Of a stretch of 64,000 nucleotides of DNA, positions 30,645-39,731 are shown one piece after another. Source of the stretch: Acetivibrionales bacterium. Lineage in GTDB: Bacteria; Bacillota; Clostridia; Acetivibrionales; JBMNNH01. The stretch lies in assembly GCA_050953835.1 (NCBI GenBank), contig JBMNNH010000022.1, forward strand, positions 25,502-89,501, read 5' to 3'. The translations under genes were made by a program, and so were the position numbers. Position 1 is the stretch's first letter, and every line of letters starts with the position of its first letter. Below the pieces are notes generated by a model. It saw nothing but the letters and a program-made list of their open reading frames with translations. It made no database searches and was not told the origin of the DNA.

Positions 30645-31590
30645 AATAACTTTTGTAGGTGCCAATAAGGTTTTTTTCATATTTACAATGCTATTCCTGT
30701 TTTTTCAGCTTGTTTTAGTTGGCATGACGATAATATATGGACAGGATTTTATTGAAAACAATATATATGGCATCCTTTTGATTAATCAATACGTTCTAAT
30801 ACTTGTCCCTGTCCTGGTATATGTACTGGCTAATAGATTAAACATAAAAAGTGTATTCAGATTGAACAGCCCGGGTATTATTCCTTCAATCCTGATTATT
30901 ATTATGTCTCCTTTTGCGTATATGGTAGCAGCTATGCTGAATACCTTTGTGATATATCTTCTGCAGTTTATTGGTAATATTCCTTCCCAGTCTATTCCTG
31001 TGCCGCACAGTCCAAGGGAGCTGGCGGTTGGAATATTTGTTATTGCTGTTTCCCCTGCCATATGTGAAGAACTCCTTCACAGGGGGATAATGCTAAGCGC
31101 ATATGAAAAAAGGGGAACAATGAAGGCATTGGTTTATACATCTATTTTTTTTGGCATTTTCCACTTTGATATTACAAATCTACTTGGGCCAATTTTCCTT
31201 GGACTGCTGATAGGATATTATGTATTTAAAACCAATTCAATATTTGCCGGGATGATTGCCCATTTTATGAATAATGCCATAGCAGAATGTATTCAGTATT
31301 TTTTTCGTAAAGAGATAAAACCAATGGATTTTATAAAGCTGTCTGGTGAAGAGTTGGCAGGTGCTATCATATATGGGATAGCAGGGCTTATATTCCTGTC
31401 TCTGCTGCTCGTCCTTTTCAGATATGCAACCAGAAAAATATATGTATTCAAGCCGTCCATAAGCAGCGTAAGAAATGATATTGTATCTATATCATCACAC
31501 TGGCCTATAATAGTAATTCTTGGTATTTACCTTCTTTTTATGGCCATATATTTACTGTCTATTATTGCAACAAGAGTATCCGGTTTTTAA
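30634..31590 (+). CDS. CPBP family intramembrane glutamic endopeptidase
   Basis: EELLHRG, FGIFHF and HFMNN motifs in a polytopic membrane protein. Confidence 0.85.
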   Translation: MRNRITFVGANKVFFIFTMLFLFFQLVLVGMTIIYGQDFIENNIYGILLINQYVLILVPVLVYVLANRLNIKSVFRLNSPGIIPSILIIIMSPFAYMVAAMLNTFVIYLLQFIGNIPSQSIPVPHSPRELAVGIFVIAVSPAICEELLHRGIMLSAYEKRGTMKALVYTSIFFGIFHFDITNLLGPIFLGLLIGYYVFKTNSIFAGMIAHFMNNAIAECIQYFFRKEIKPMDFIKLSGEELAGAIIYGIAGLIFLSLLLVLFRYATRKIYVFKPSISSVRNDIVSISSHWPIIVILGIYLLFMAIYLLSIIATRVSGF

Positions 31591-31720
31591 TATTATACAT
31601 TTACCTTGACATGTATGTATAATTTTTCAATTATTGGGATTGTACGCTTAGTCCACCACTAATATAATGTTTATCTCAAGTATATAATATATATATAAGC
31701 TATTTAAGAGGTGGAGCATC

Positions 31721-32461
31721 TTGGATTTCAACTTTGATTTTGACCCTGCAAATCCCCATAAGATATTTCTTACTCCTCAATTAAAACAGGCACTGGAAAT
31801 CCTAATAATGAGTACACACGAACTATATAATTATGCTTACCGTCAAATAGAAATAAATCCTGCCCTGGAGATTTCAACAGAAGATGAAAGTACCTGTGAA
31901 AGCGGCCTCGTGACTACTGTTGAGCAGGTTGACTGGGAACATGAAGTGCTTTCCGGGCACGATACACTGGATGAAGATGGCGGATATGCTGAACGCAACA
32001 ATGGTACTATTGCTGAAAGGACCGCCTCCAGGCCAAATTTAAGGGAGTTTATCCCGTATATAATATGTGATGTCAGTGTAAAAGGGATAAGGAATAACTT
32101 TGAGGTTATACTGAACGAAGATGCTTTTCCTAATCTAAAGATAAGCAAATGTTTCATGGATATAATGGCTCAGGACACAAGCCCTGATACCAGAAAATTT
32201 ATACAGGACAGGATTAATAGAGCAAAATGGCTTATAAAGTGCATTGAGAAACGAAAGAGTATACTCAGAAGAATAACAGAATACATTACCAGAAGCATGC
32301 CCGAATTTTTTTCAAAAGGCAGGGATTTTTTAAAGCCCTTGAAAATTGATGGGGCAGTGGTACAGTTAAATTTACCTGAATATGTTTTTAAAGCAGCTAT
32401 AATAAATAAGTACCTGCAATGCCGTTGGGGCAGTTTTGAGATGAAGGCTTTTTTTGATTAA
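31721..32461 (+). CDS. truncated/degenerate sigma-54 (RpoN/SigL)-like protein lacking the core-binding domain and RpoN box
   Basis: aa 16-50 (FLTPQLKQALEILIMSTHELYNYAYRQIEINPALE) resembles RpoN region I. aa 110-246 aligns with the RpoN DNA-binding region up to FEMKxFF (RKSILRRITEYITRSMPEFFSKGRDFLKPL...GSFEMKAFFD). The TTG start follows AAGAGGTGGA. Confidence 0.6.
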   Translation: MDFNFDFDPANPHKIFLTPQLKQALEILIMSTHELYNYAYRQIEINPALEISTEDESTCESGLVTTVEQVDWEHEVLSGHDTLDEDGGYAERNNGTIAERTASRPNLREFIPYIICDVSVKGIRNNFEVILNEDAFPNLKISKCFMDIMAQDTSPDTRKFIQDRINRAKWLIKCIEKRKSILRRITEYITRSMPEFFSKGRDFLKPLKIDGAVVQLNLPEYVFKAAIINKYLQCRWGSFEMKAFFD

Positions 32462-32766
32462 AAAGGCCACCTAGGTTTGGAGGGAGTAGTTTTTAGGCCT
32501 AGAAAACCTTCTATTCCATTGCTGCCAAAGTAATCTCTTTCAATTTCCCTTATTCTTTCTTCGGTGTAATAGTTTATCTCTCCTACTTTTTTTACATCAT
32601 CAGCATAATCTCTCAATCTCTGCATTTCTTTAGAGGTTAATGCTGACTGGCATCCTTCTGAGTTCAATATGCGCTTCAATTCTGATGAGTACTCATAACC
32701 GTCATCCATATCCTTTAAAGCGTTCTTTAAAAAATACTTTAGACTTTCCGGTATCTGGCGTTCCAT
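32458..32766 (-). CDS. hypothetical small protein (102 aa)
   Basis: AAGAGGTGA SD with ATG at 32766 (MERQIPESLKYF...) and TGTATAAT upstream on the minus strand. The track's longer N-terminus reads through the promoter. I recognise no family. Confidence 0.5.
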   Translation of the reverse strand: MERQIPESLKYFLKNALKDMDDGYEYSSELKRILNSEGCQSALTSKEMQRLRDYADDVKKVGEINYYTEERIREIERDYFGSNGIEGFLGLKTTPSKPRWPF

Positions 32767-32897
32767 GTAAATATCACCTCTTAACAATATATTATACATT
32801 TTTTGAGAAGATTTAAACCATATATTCAGGACAATTTTTAAATTTTTTATTTTGTTCATATAGATAGTACTAGAATTATTCTTCAGGGTGGTATTTA

Positions 32898-33056
32898 ATG
32901 GGTGTGAGAAAATATAGCAGAAAGCTTCCGGCGGTTATTAAACTGTACAGTAATGAGAAATACTGGGAAAAGGTACTGGAGGAAATAGTTAATATTTATA
33001 TGGAGAAATACTATTTTTGGGAAACTATAAGGAATGATAATAATGGTATTGAATAA
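32898..33056 (+). CDS. possible 52-aa ORF overlapping the recombinase start
   Basis: MGVRKYSRKLPAVIKLYSNEKYWEKVLEEIVNIYMEKYYFWETIRNDNNGIE, preceded by AGGGTGG. It is below the track's size cut-off and I recognise no homolog. Confidence 0.3.
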   Translation: MGVRKYSRKLPAVIKLYSNEKYWEKVLEEIVNIYMEKYYFWETIRNDNNGIE

Positions 33057-34599
33057 TGCTACAGGGAATTCTAATGTTGGTATTTATGTCAGGGAAAGCA
33101 GGGACGACAACGAGGAGAACTATGATACCATAGAAACCCAAAGGGATCTACTTATAAATTTCGTTAATAAGAATAATTTTGGGGAAATAGTGGGTATATA
33201 TATGGATAATAACGCTTCAGGAGCCGGTTTTGACCGGGGAGGGATTTTCCAGTTAAGGAAGGACATTGAGGGAAGAAAAATTGACCTGCTTATTATTAAA
33301 GATTTATCTAGGTTAGGCAGAAACAATGCAAAAACCTTGCTCTTTCTCGATTACCTCGAAGAAAATGGGGTACGTGTTCTGACCTATGACGGAAGGTATG
33401 ACAGCGTCAGGGATAATGAGACTGTAGGTATTGAAACCTGGTTTAATGAAAGGTATATCCAGGATATATCAAAGAAGATAAGAGCCAGTTTAAGGTTCAA
33501 AATCGAAAAAGGAGAATATATAGGCCGCGCACCCTTTGGCTACAAAAAACCAGGCAAGGGGAAAAATAAACTTTGTATTGATGAGGATACATGCCATATT
33601 ATTAAAGAAATTTTTAATCTTTACCTGCAGGGATACGGGTATTCATCCATATCAAAAATACTGGACAACAGGGGGTACCCTTCACCTTCAATGGGGAAGT
33701 GGAATCCTGTGGCAGTACAAAGGATCCTTTCAAATCGTGTGTATATTGGAGATACTGTTCAGGGTGTAAGTGAGAAAGTCAGTTATAAAAGTAAAAAAAG
33801 AAGGCGGCTTCCCGGGAACGAATGGAAAATAACTGAGGGAACCCATGAAGCTATAATAAGCAAAGAAGAGTTTAATGAAGTCCAGAGATTGAGAGGCTCC
33901 AGAAGAGCTTCACACGGCCCGCATAAAGGGACAATACATCTTTTCAGGGGTACTCTCTACTGCGGCAGGTGTGGAAGTACCATGTATGCCAGAAAAAGAA
34001 CAAACCGGCCTATGGGGTATGTTTGCAGCAACTATAGTAAGCACGGAAGGGGTGTGTGCACAAGCCACTACATTAATGAAAGCCTATTGGAGAGTATAAT
34101 TGCGGATGAAATAACCTGTATATTCATGAATGAAGCAGTGATAAAAAAAATTAAGAATTATCTTGATAACACTGGAGCCAGAATTAATGATGCTTCAAAA
34201 AAAAGGGAGAGTGTTAGAAAGAGGTTAGCGGTAAAATTGAAACAGCAGGAAATACTATACATGGACAGACTGCACAGGAAAATCTCGGAAGAGCTCTTTT
34301 TAAGGATAAACAGCAATTTAGAAAATGATATAGGGTACTTAAAAAGGGAAATAAGAAGGATAAGTAATACAAATAATGAAGATTTTAAGGCAGAAAAGAT
34401 TATTGAGTATATTATCAAAGACTTTAAAGAAAAGGGTTTATCACAAAGCATAATAAAATTGGTAATAAACAGGATAACAGTGTTTGATGAATATGACAAA
34501 GAAGTATTTAAAGAGGCATTTAACTTGTCTGCTGAAAAACATGCATGCGACAATTGGAATGGAGCAGTTGTTATTGATTTTAAAGGAAATAAGGTGTAA
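33043..34599 (+). CDS. large serine recombinase (resolvase/recombinase + zinc-ribbon + coiled coil)
   Basis: N-terminal catalytic domain (VGIYVRESRDD, ASGAGFDRGG, KDLSRLGRN), a recombinase domain, a CGRCG...C..Y..H..C zinc ribbon, and a C-terminal coiled coil. The start is ATG 33043 or 33034. Confidence 0.88.
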   Translation: MVLNNATGNSNVGIYVRESRDDNEENYDTIETQRDLLINFVNKNNFGEIVGIYMDNNASGAGFDRGGIFQLRKDIEGRKIDLLIIKDLSRLGRNNAKTLLFLDYLEENGVRVLTYDGRYDSVRDNETVGIETWFNERYIQDISKKIRASLRFKIEKGEYIGRAPFGYKKPGKGKNKLCIDEDTCHIIKEIFNLYLQGYGYSSISKILDNRGYPSPSMGKWNPVAVQRILSNRVYIGDTVQGVSEKVSYKSKKRRRLPGNEWKITEGTHEAIISKEEFNEVQRLRGSRRASHGPHKGTIHLFRGTLYCGRCGSTMYARKRTNRPMGYVCSNYSKHGRGVCTSHYINESLLESIIADEITCIFMNEAVIKKIKNYLDNTGARINDASKKRESVRKRLAVKLKQQEILYMDRLHRKISEELFLRINSNLENDIGYLKREIRRISNTNNEDFKAEKIIEYIIKDFKEKGLSQSIIKLVINRITVFDEYDKEVFKEAFNLSAEKHACDNWNGAVVIDFKGNKV

Positions 34600-34651
34600 T
34601 ATTTAATCATCGTTAATATTATTTGCCAAATACCAGATATGGAGGGGTAAT

Positions 34652-35530
34652 ATGAAAAAAGCAGTATTTTTATATAATCCCATGTCAGGTGACAGAAGTA
34701 TAACTGCTAAACTTGACTATATAATAGGACGTTTTATGGAAGAGGAAGTATTAATACAACCATTTAGGCTTGTAGAAGATTCGGAAGAGAAACTCGTTAG
34801 TTTAATGAAAGAAGGATTCGCATATGCAGTTGTTGCCGGCGGTGATGGTACATTAAACAATGTAGTAAACAGTTTTGCTAAAAATAATATTAATGTCCCT
34901 ATTGGAATAATTCCTTCAGGTACTGCAAATGATTTTGCCAGAAGCCTTAACATACCCCATGATTTAAAAAGATGCCTTGATATAGTTTTACAAGGGAAGA
35001 TAAAAGAAGTGGATATTGGGATTGTTAATGGGAAAAAGTATTTTCTTGGAACATGTGCGGGAGGACTGTTTGTTAATGTTTCATTCAATACCAGCAGTGA
35101 GCTTAAACGGAGCTTCGGCCCGCTGGCATATTATTTAAAGGCTCTTAGCGAAGTAAAAAATCTTAAACCTTTTGAAGTAAATGTAAGAACAGACTCCAGT
35201 ACTATTGACGAAGAAATACTTGTTTTCCTAATACTGAATGGAAAGGATGTTGCAGGTTTCACAAATATTGTTGAAGAAGCAGATATATCAGATGGGCTTA
35301 TGGACATTGTGCTGATAAAGAGTTGCCTTCATATTGATTTGGCTGCTCTATTTTTCAAGGTACTGACCAATGACTTTATTAATGATAAGAATGTTATTAA
35401 ACTAAAGAGTAAAACCTGCTATATCGATGCCAAGGAAGATATTGCGATAACTATTGACGGTGAAAAGGCTGATGGACTTCCTATGGATGTGAAATTCATT
35501 AATAAAGCTTTGAAAGTCTTTGTAGACTGA
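34652..35530 (+). CDS. diacylglycerol kinase family lipid kinase (YegS/DagK-like)
   Basis: NPMSG, GGDGTLN and PSGTANDFAR motifs. Confidence 0.88.
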   Translation: MKKAVFLYNPMSGDRSITAKLDYIIGRFMEEEVLIQPFRLVEDSEEKLVSLMKEGFAYAVVAGGDGTLNNVVNSFAKNNINVPIGIIPSGTANDFARSLNIPHDLKRCLDIVLQGKIKEVDIGIVNGKKYFLGTCAGGLFVNVSFNTSSELKRSFGPLAYYLKALSEVKNLKPFEVNVRTDSSTIDEEILVFLILNGKDVAGFTNIVEEADISDGLMDIVLIKSCLHIDLAALFFKVLTNDFINDKNVIKLKSKTCYIDAKEDIAITIDGEKADGLPMDVKFINKALKVFVD

Positions 35531-35560
35531 ATAAAAAAGCTTATATACCTGCAATTACTT

Positions 35561-35587
35561 AATGTGCCTGGTGCACATTTTTTTTTT
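35561..35587 (+). terminator. terminator after the lipid kinase gene
   Basis: AATGTGC-ctggt-GCACATT followed by a run of 9 T. Confidence 0.8.
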
Positions 35588-35688
35588 CATTTAGTAATAT
35601 TAGCCGAATATAGACATATATTTATATTGAAGTACTAGTACAAAAGTAAGAGCATATTGCTGTGTTAATTAATAAGGGGGGTTTGCGG

Positions 35689-37167
35689 GTGGAAGAATAC
35701 AATATATACCAGCAAATATCGGAAAGGACTCAAGGCGATATTTATATTGGGGTTGTAGGGCCTGTCAGGACAGGTAAGTCAACTTTTATCAAAAGGTTTA
35801 TGGATTTACTTGTCATACCAAATATAGAGAATGAGTATTGCAAAGAAAGAACACAGGATGAACTGCCACAAAGCGCAACAGGTAGGACAATAATGACTAC
35901 TGAGCCCAAATTTGTTCCCAATGAAGCAGTCCAGATAGTAATAGATGAGAATGTGGAATTAAAAGTAAGGTTGGTAGATTGTGTAGGCTATCTTGTGAAA
36001 GGAGCGCTTGGATATTTGGAAAACAATGCTCCTAGAATGGTATCCACTCCATGGTTTGAAAAACAGATTCCTTTTGAAGAAGCGGCTGAACTGGGTACTA
36101 GGAAGGTAATTAACGAACACTCAACCATAGGATTGCTGGTCACTACAGATGGAAGCATAACAGAGATTGACAGGGAAGAATACATAGAGGCTGAGGAAAG
36201 GGTAGTAAATGAGCTCAAAAACATTAATAAACCTTTTATAATAATTTTGAATTCAACAAGGCCAAATGACAGCGATACTATTGAGTTGCGAGACACTTTA
36301 AGGGAAAAGTACTCAGTACCTGTCTTAAATGTCAACTGTGCTCAAATGAGAATCGAAGATATAAATATGATTATGGAACGCATATTGTATGAGTTCCCAG
36401 TACGTGAAATTGGGATCAATATACCTAAGTGGGTTGAAACTCTGGAGGATGATTACTGGTTAAAAGAAGATATAATGAAAGCAATAAAGGAAACATTCAA
36501 AGATGTAAGGAAAATTCGTGAAGTCAAGAGCTGTATAGGTGCGTTTGGAGAATATGAATTTATAAAAAAGGCATATGTAGAGAGAGTAAACCTTGGAGTA
36601 GGAAATGTACTGGTGGAACTAAGCACTCCAGACGGTCTTTTCTATAAAGTGCTTAGTGAAACAACAGGACTTGATATTGAAGGAGAACACAAGGTAATCA
36701 GCCTTATGAAAGAACTTGCCGAGATAAAGAAAGAATATAAAAGGGTGGAATATGCTCTTCACGAGGTTAAGCTTAAGGGATATGGCATAGTAACGCCAAG
36801 TATGGAAGACTTAACCCTGGATGAGCCTGAAATTGTCAAGCAGGGTGGAAGGTTTGGAATAAAGCTGAGAGCCAGCGCTCCATCAATACATATGATCAGG
36901 GCAGATATAGAAACTGAAATAGCACCCCTTGTAGGGACAGAAAAGCAGTCAGAGGAATTGGTTAACTATCTGCTAAAGGAATTTGAAAACGAACCGTCTA
37001 AAATTTGGGAATCAAACATGTTTGGAAAATCGCTGCATGAACTGGTAAATGAAGGGCTGCACAATAAGCTTTTCAGAATGCCTGAAGATGCCCAGCTTAA
37101 ACTGCAGGAGACCTTGCAGAGGATACTGAATGAAGGCAGCGGAGGCTTGATATGCATTATTCTTTAA
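35689..37167 (+). CDS. spoIVA: stage IV sporulation protein A
   Basis: IYIGVVGPVRTGKSTFIKRFMD Walker A and a full-length SpoIVA-like sequence. GTG 35689 lies 7 nt after AAGGGGGG, so the track's start at 35662 is probably too long. Confidence 0.93.
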   Translation: MEEYNIYQQISERTQGDIYIGVVGPVRTGKSTFIKRFMDLLVIPNIENEYCKERTQDELPQSATGRTIMTTEPKFVPNEAVQIVIDENVELKVRLVDCVGYLVKGALGYLENNAPRMVSTPWFEKQIPFEEAAELGTRKVINEHSTIGLLVTTDGSITEIDREEYIEAEERVVNELKNINKPFIIILNSTRPNDSDTIELRDTLREKYSVPVLNVNCAQMRIEDINMIMERILYEFPVREIGINIPKWVETLEDDYWLKEDIMKAIKETFKDVRKIREVKSCIGAFGEYEFIKKAYVERVNLGVGNVLVELSTPDGLFYKVLSETTGLDIEGEHKVISLMKELAEIKKEYKRVEYALHEVKLKGYGIVTPSMEDLTLDEPEIVKQGGRFGIKLRASAPSIHMIRADIETEIAPLVGTEKQSEELVNYLLKEFENEPSKIWESNMFGKSLHELVNEGLHNKLFRMPEDAQLKLQETLQRILNEGSGGLICIIL

Positions 37168-37194
37168 TACAAGCATAAAGCTTAATAAGTAAAA

Positions 37195-37230
37195 AGAAAT
37201 AAGCAGAAATGTTTTATTTCTTTTTTATTT
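37195..37230 (+). terminator. AT-rich hairpin terminator after spoIVA
   Basis: AGAAATAA (37195-37202) pairs with TTATTTCT (37214-37221). The stem can be extended through flanking A/T runs, and a T-tract follows. Confidence 0.45.
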
Positions 37231-37281
37231 TGGGTAAAATATGCTATACTATTTTTTAGAATTATACAATGGAGGAAAAGC

Positions 37282-39024
37282 ATGGACAGCTATAAGAGTT
37301 ACAAACAATGGCTCGAGAATAGCTATTTTGATAAGGAAACAGTCGAGGAACTTAACAGTATTAAGGACAACCCTAAAGAAATTGAAGAAAGATTTTATAG
37401 GGAACTGGAGTTTGGAACCGGTGGCTTGAGGGGAATATTAGGAGCGGGAACCAACAGGATGAACAAGTATACTGTCAGGAAAGCAACCCAGGGGCTGGCA
37501 GACTATATACTAAAAAAAGGGGAAGGGGCTAAAGAAAGAGGTGTCGTGATAGCTTATGATTCAAGGCTTAAATCTGATGAGTTTGCGTTGGAAACAGCCT
37601 TGGTGTTTGCAGGTAATGGAATCAGGGCATATTTATTTAATGAACTGAAGCCTACACCTGAACTTTCCTTTGCGGTAAGATTTCTAAATGCTGCTGGAGG
37701 GGTTGTAATTACTGCAAGCCACAACCCAAAACAATACAACGGATACAAGGCTTATGGCGAAGATGGGGCTCAGCTTTCTCCGGAGGAGTCGGACAAGGTT
37801 ATAGATGAAGTGAGAAAAATTTTCGACATTACCAAAGTAAATAGAATAAGCAAAAAGGAAGCGGAAGCCAGAGGTCTCCTTAAAATAATAGGAAAGGAAA
37901 TTGACATTGAGTATATGAATTGCCTCAAAACCTTATCTGTAAATCCGGAACTGGCTAAAAGTATGGGCAGTGAATTGAAGATAGTATATACTCCTCTTCA
38001 TGGAACAGGTAATAAGCCGGTCAGGAGATTGCTTGATGAAACAGGGTTCAAGAATGTTCTGGTAGTTAAAGAGCAGGAGATGCCTGATGCTTCTTTTTCG
38101 ACTGTAAAATCCCCAAACCCTGAAGACAAAAACGCTTATAAGCTTGGAATTGAGCTTGCAAATAAAGAAAACGGAGATTTAATAATAGCAACAGATCCTG
38201 ATTGTGACCGTGTTGGGGTAATGATAAAAAATGAAAGCGGTCAATTCATGAGTTTGACGGGAAATCAGATAGGATGCCTTTTAATGGAGTATATCCTGTC
38301 ACAAAAAAAGAACAAAGGGGAGCTCCCAAAGAACGGATTTGTTGTTAAAACAATAGTTACTAGCGAGTTAGCCAGAGCAATATCAAAAGAATACAATGTT
38401 GAAATGGTTGAGGTGCTTACCGGCTTTAAGTTTATTGGACAAAAGATAAAGGAGCTGGATGAGTATGGTGACAGGACATTTATATTTGGTTTCGAAGAGA
38501 GCTACGGTTATCTTGCAGGTACATATTCCAGAGATAAAGATGCAGTAGTTGCTTCGTTGCTCATTGCTGAGATGGCGGCTTTTTTCAGGCTCAAAGGGAT
38601 GGCAGTCCATCAGGCTCTGCATGAGCTATTCGAAAAGTACGGATACTTTTTGGAAGATACAGTTTCCTTCACCCTGGAAGGAAAAGATGGACAGGAGCGT
38701 ATAGTAAATACAATGGATTATTTAAGAGAAAATATGGACTCAAAATTTGGCACACAAAGGGTTACTGCAATAAGGGATTACTTAAAACAAAAAAGATTTG
38801 CCATGATTGACGGTAAGTCGCATAATCTTGAGCTTCCGCCTTCAAATGTACTGTATTATGAACTGGGTGGCAGTGACTGGTTCTGTATAAGACCATCAGG
38901 AACGGAGCCCAAAATAAAAATATATTTCGGAATATCCGAATCAGATGCTGAATCGGCAGAAAGTAAACTTCAAAAAGTGAAAGAAAATGTTTTGGATGAG
39001 GTTAAAAAACATTTATATGCTTAG
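37282..39024 (+). CDS. phosphoglucomutase/phosphomannomutase family (alpha-D-phosphohexomutase)
   Basis: Active-site loop TASHNPKQYNGYK, Mg site ATDPDCDRVG, and sugar loop GFEESYG; 580 aa. Confidence 0.92.
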   Translation: MDSYKSYKQWLENSYFDKETVEELNSIKDNPKEIEERFYRELEFGTGGLRGILGAGTNRMNKYTVRKATQGLADYILKKGEGAKERGVVIAYDSRLKSDEFALETALVFAGNGIRAYLFNELKPTPELSFAVRFLNAAGGVVITASHNPKQYNGYKAYGEDGAQLSPEESDKVIDEVRKIFDITKVNRISKKEAEARGLLKIIGKEIDIEYMNCLKTLSVNPELAKSMGSELKIVYTPLHGTGNKPVRRLLDETGFKNVLVVKEQEMPDASFSTVKSPNPEDKNAYKLGIELANKENGDLIIATDPDCDRVGVMIKNESGQFMSLTGNQIGCLLMEYILSQKKNKGELPKNGFVVKTIVTSELARAISKEYNVEMVEVLTGFKFIGQKIKELDEYGDRTFIFGFEESYGYLAGTYSRDKDAVVASLLIAEMAAFFRLKGMAVHQALHELFEKYGYFLEDTVSFTLEGKDGQERIVNTMDYLRENMDSKFGTQRVTAIRDYLKQKRFAMIDGKSHNLELPPSNVLYYELGGSDWFCIRPSGTEPKIKIYFGISESDAESAESKLQKVKENVLDEVKKHLYA

Positions 39025-39731
39025 CAACTAGCAACTGGTGCTTTGTTTTCATCCATGTGTACAGCCAAATATGGCTCTGCACCGTATTCGTATGAAAGCA
39101 CCTTTAATATCTTATGACAAGGCTCAGTTGATGAACAGGCGTCGTCAAGCGTGCATATATTATATATTTTTATATTTGTTGAAGCACAAATATGACATGG
39201 TCTTTTATTATGCGTTAAACCAAAAAACAAGCCTTCTAAAACCTCATAGTTTTCTGCTGTTATAAAGTGTTTAGGCGCAGTGAAGTTTTTAAAGTAGCTA
39301 CCTGCATCAAGCCGTTCGAACTCAGGGCAAGGAGTTCTGAAAATCCATGGTGTAATATTATTCTCCATAACTGAAAAGTAACTATCGTTTGAGGAAAATA
39401 CTCCGGGCAGCAAACAACTGCACTTGCTATAGGTGTTTTTTTTGCATGCAAAACAGCAATTATGGCACCCAGGGCTGTACAGATGACGGCAGAAAACACA
39501 TGATTTATAATTCCCTTTGATATGCATATGGAATAGTTTTGGTACAATTTCTGCTTCAAAGAGCTTAATATATAAAAAATCCTCCGATACCAGGCTGAAC
39601 CTGTTCAATATGCTTTTAAGGTTGATATTGTATCTTTTTAAGAGATTGATATAAATGTCTTTATACAAAATCAATACCTCTCTGTCACTTAAAATATGTA
39701 ATATATTACCATAATAACCATAATGTTTCAA
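39021..39731 (-). CDS. cysteine-rich hypothetical protein (236 aa)
   Basis: This is a long open frame in AT-rich DNA with about 17 Cys, including CVFCRHLYSPGCHNCCFAC. The TTG start has no clear SD, so the true start is uncertain. Confidence 0.45.
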   Translation of the reverse strand: MKHYGYYGNILHILSDREVLILYKDIYINLLKRYNINLKSILNRFSLVSEDFLYIKLFEAEIVPKLFHMHIKGNYKSCVFCRHLYSPGCHNCCFACKKNTYSKCSCLLPGVFSSNDSYFSVMENNITPWIFRTPCPEFERLDAGSYFKNFTAPKHFITAENYEVLEGLFFGLTHNKRPCHICASTNIKIYNICTLDDACSSTEPCHKILKVLSYEYGAEPYLAVHMDENKAPVASC

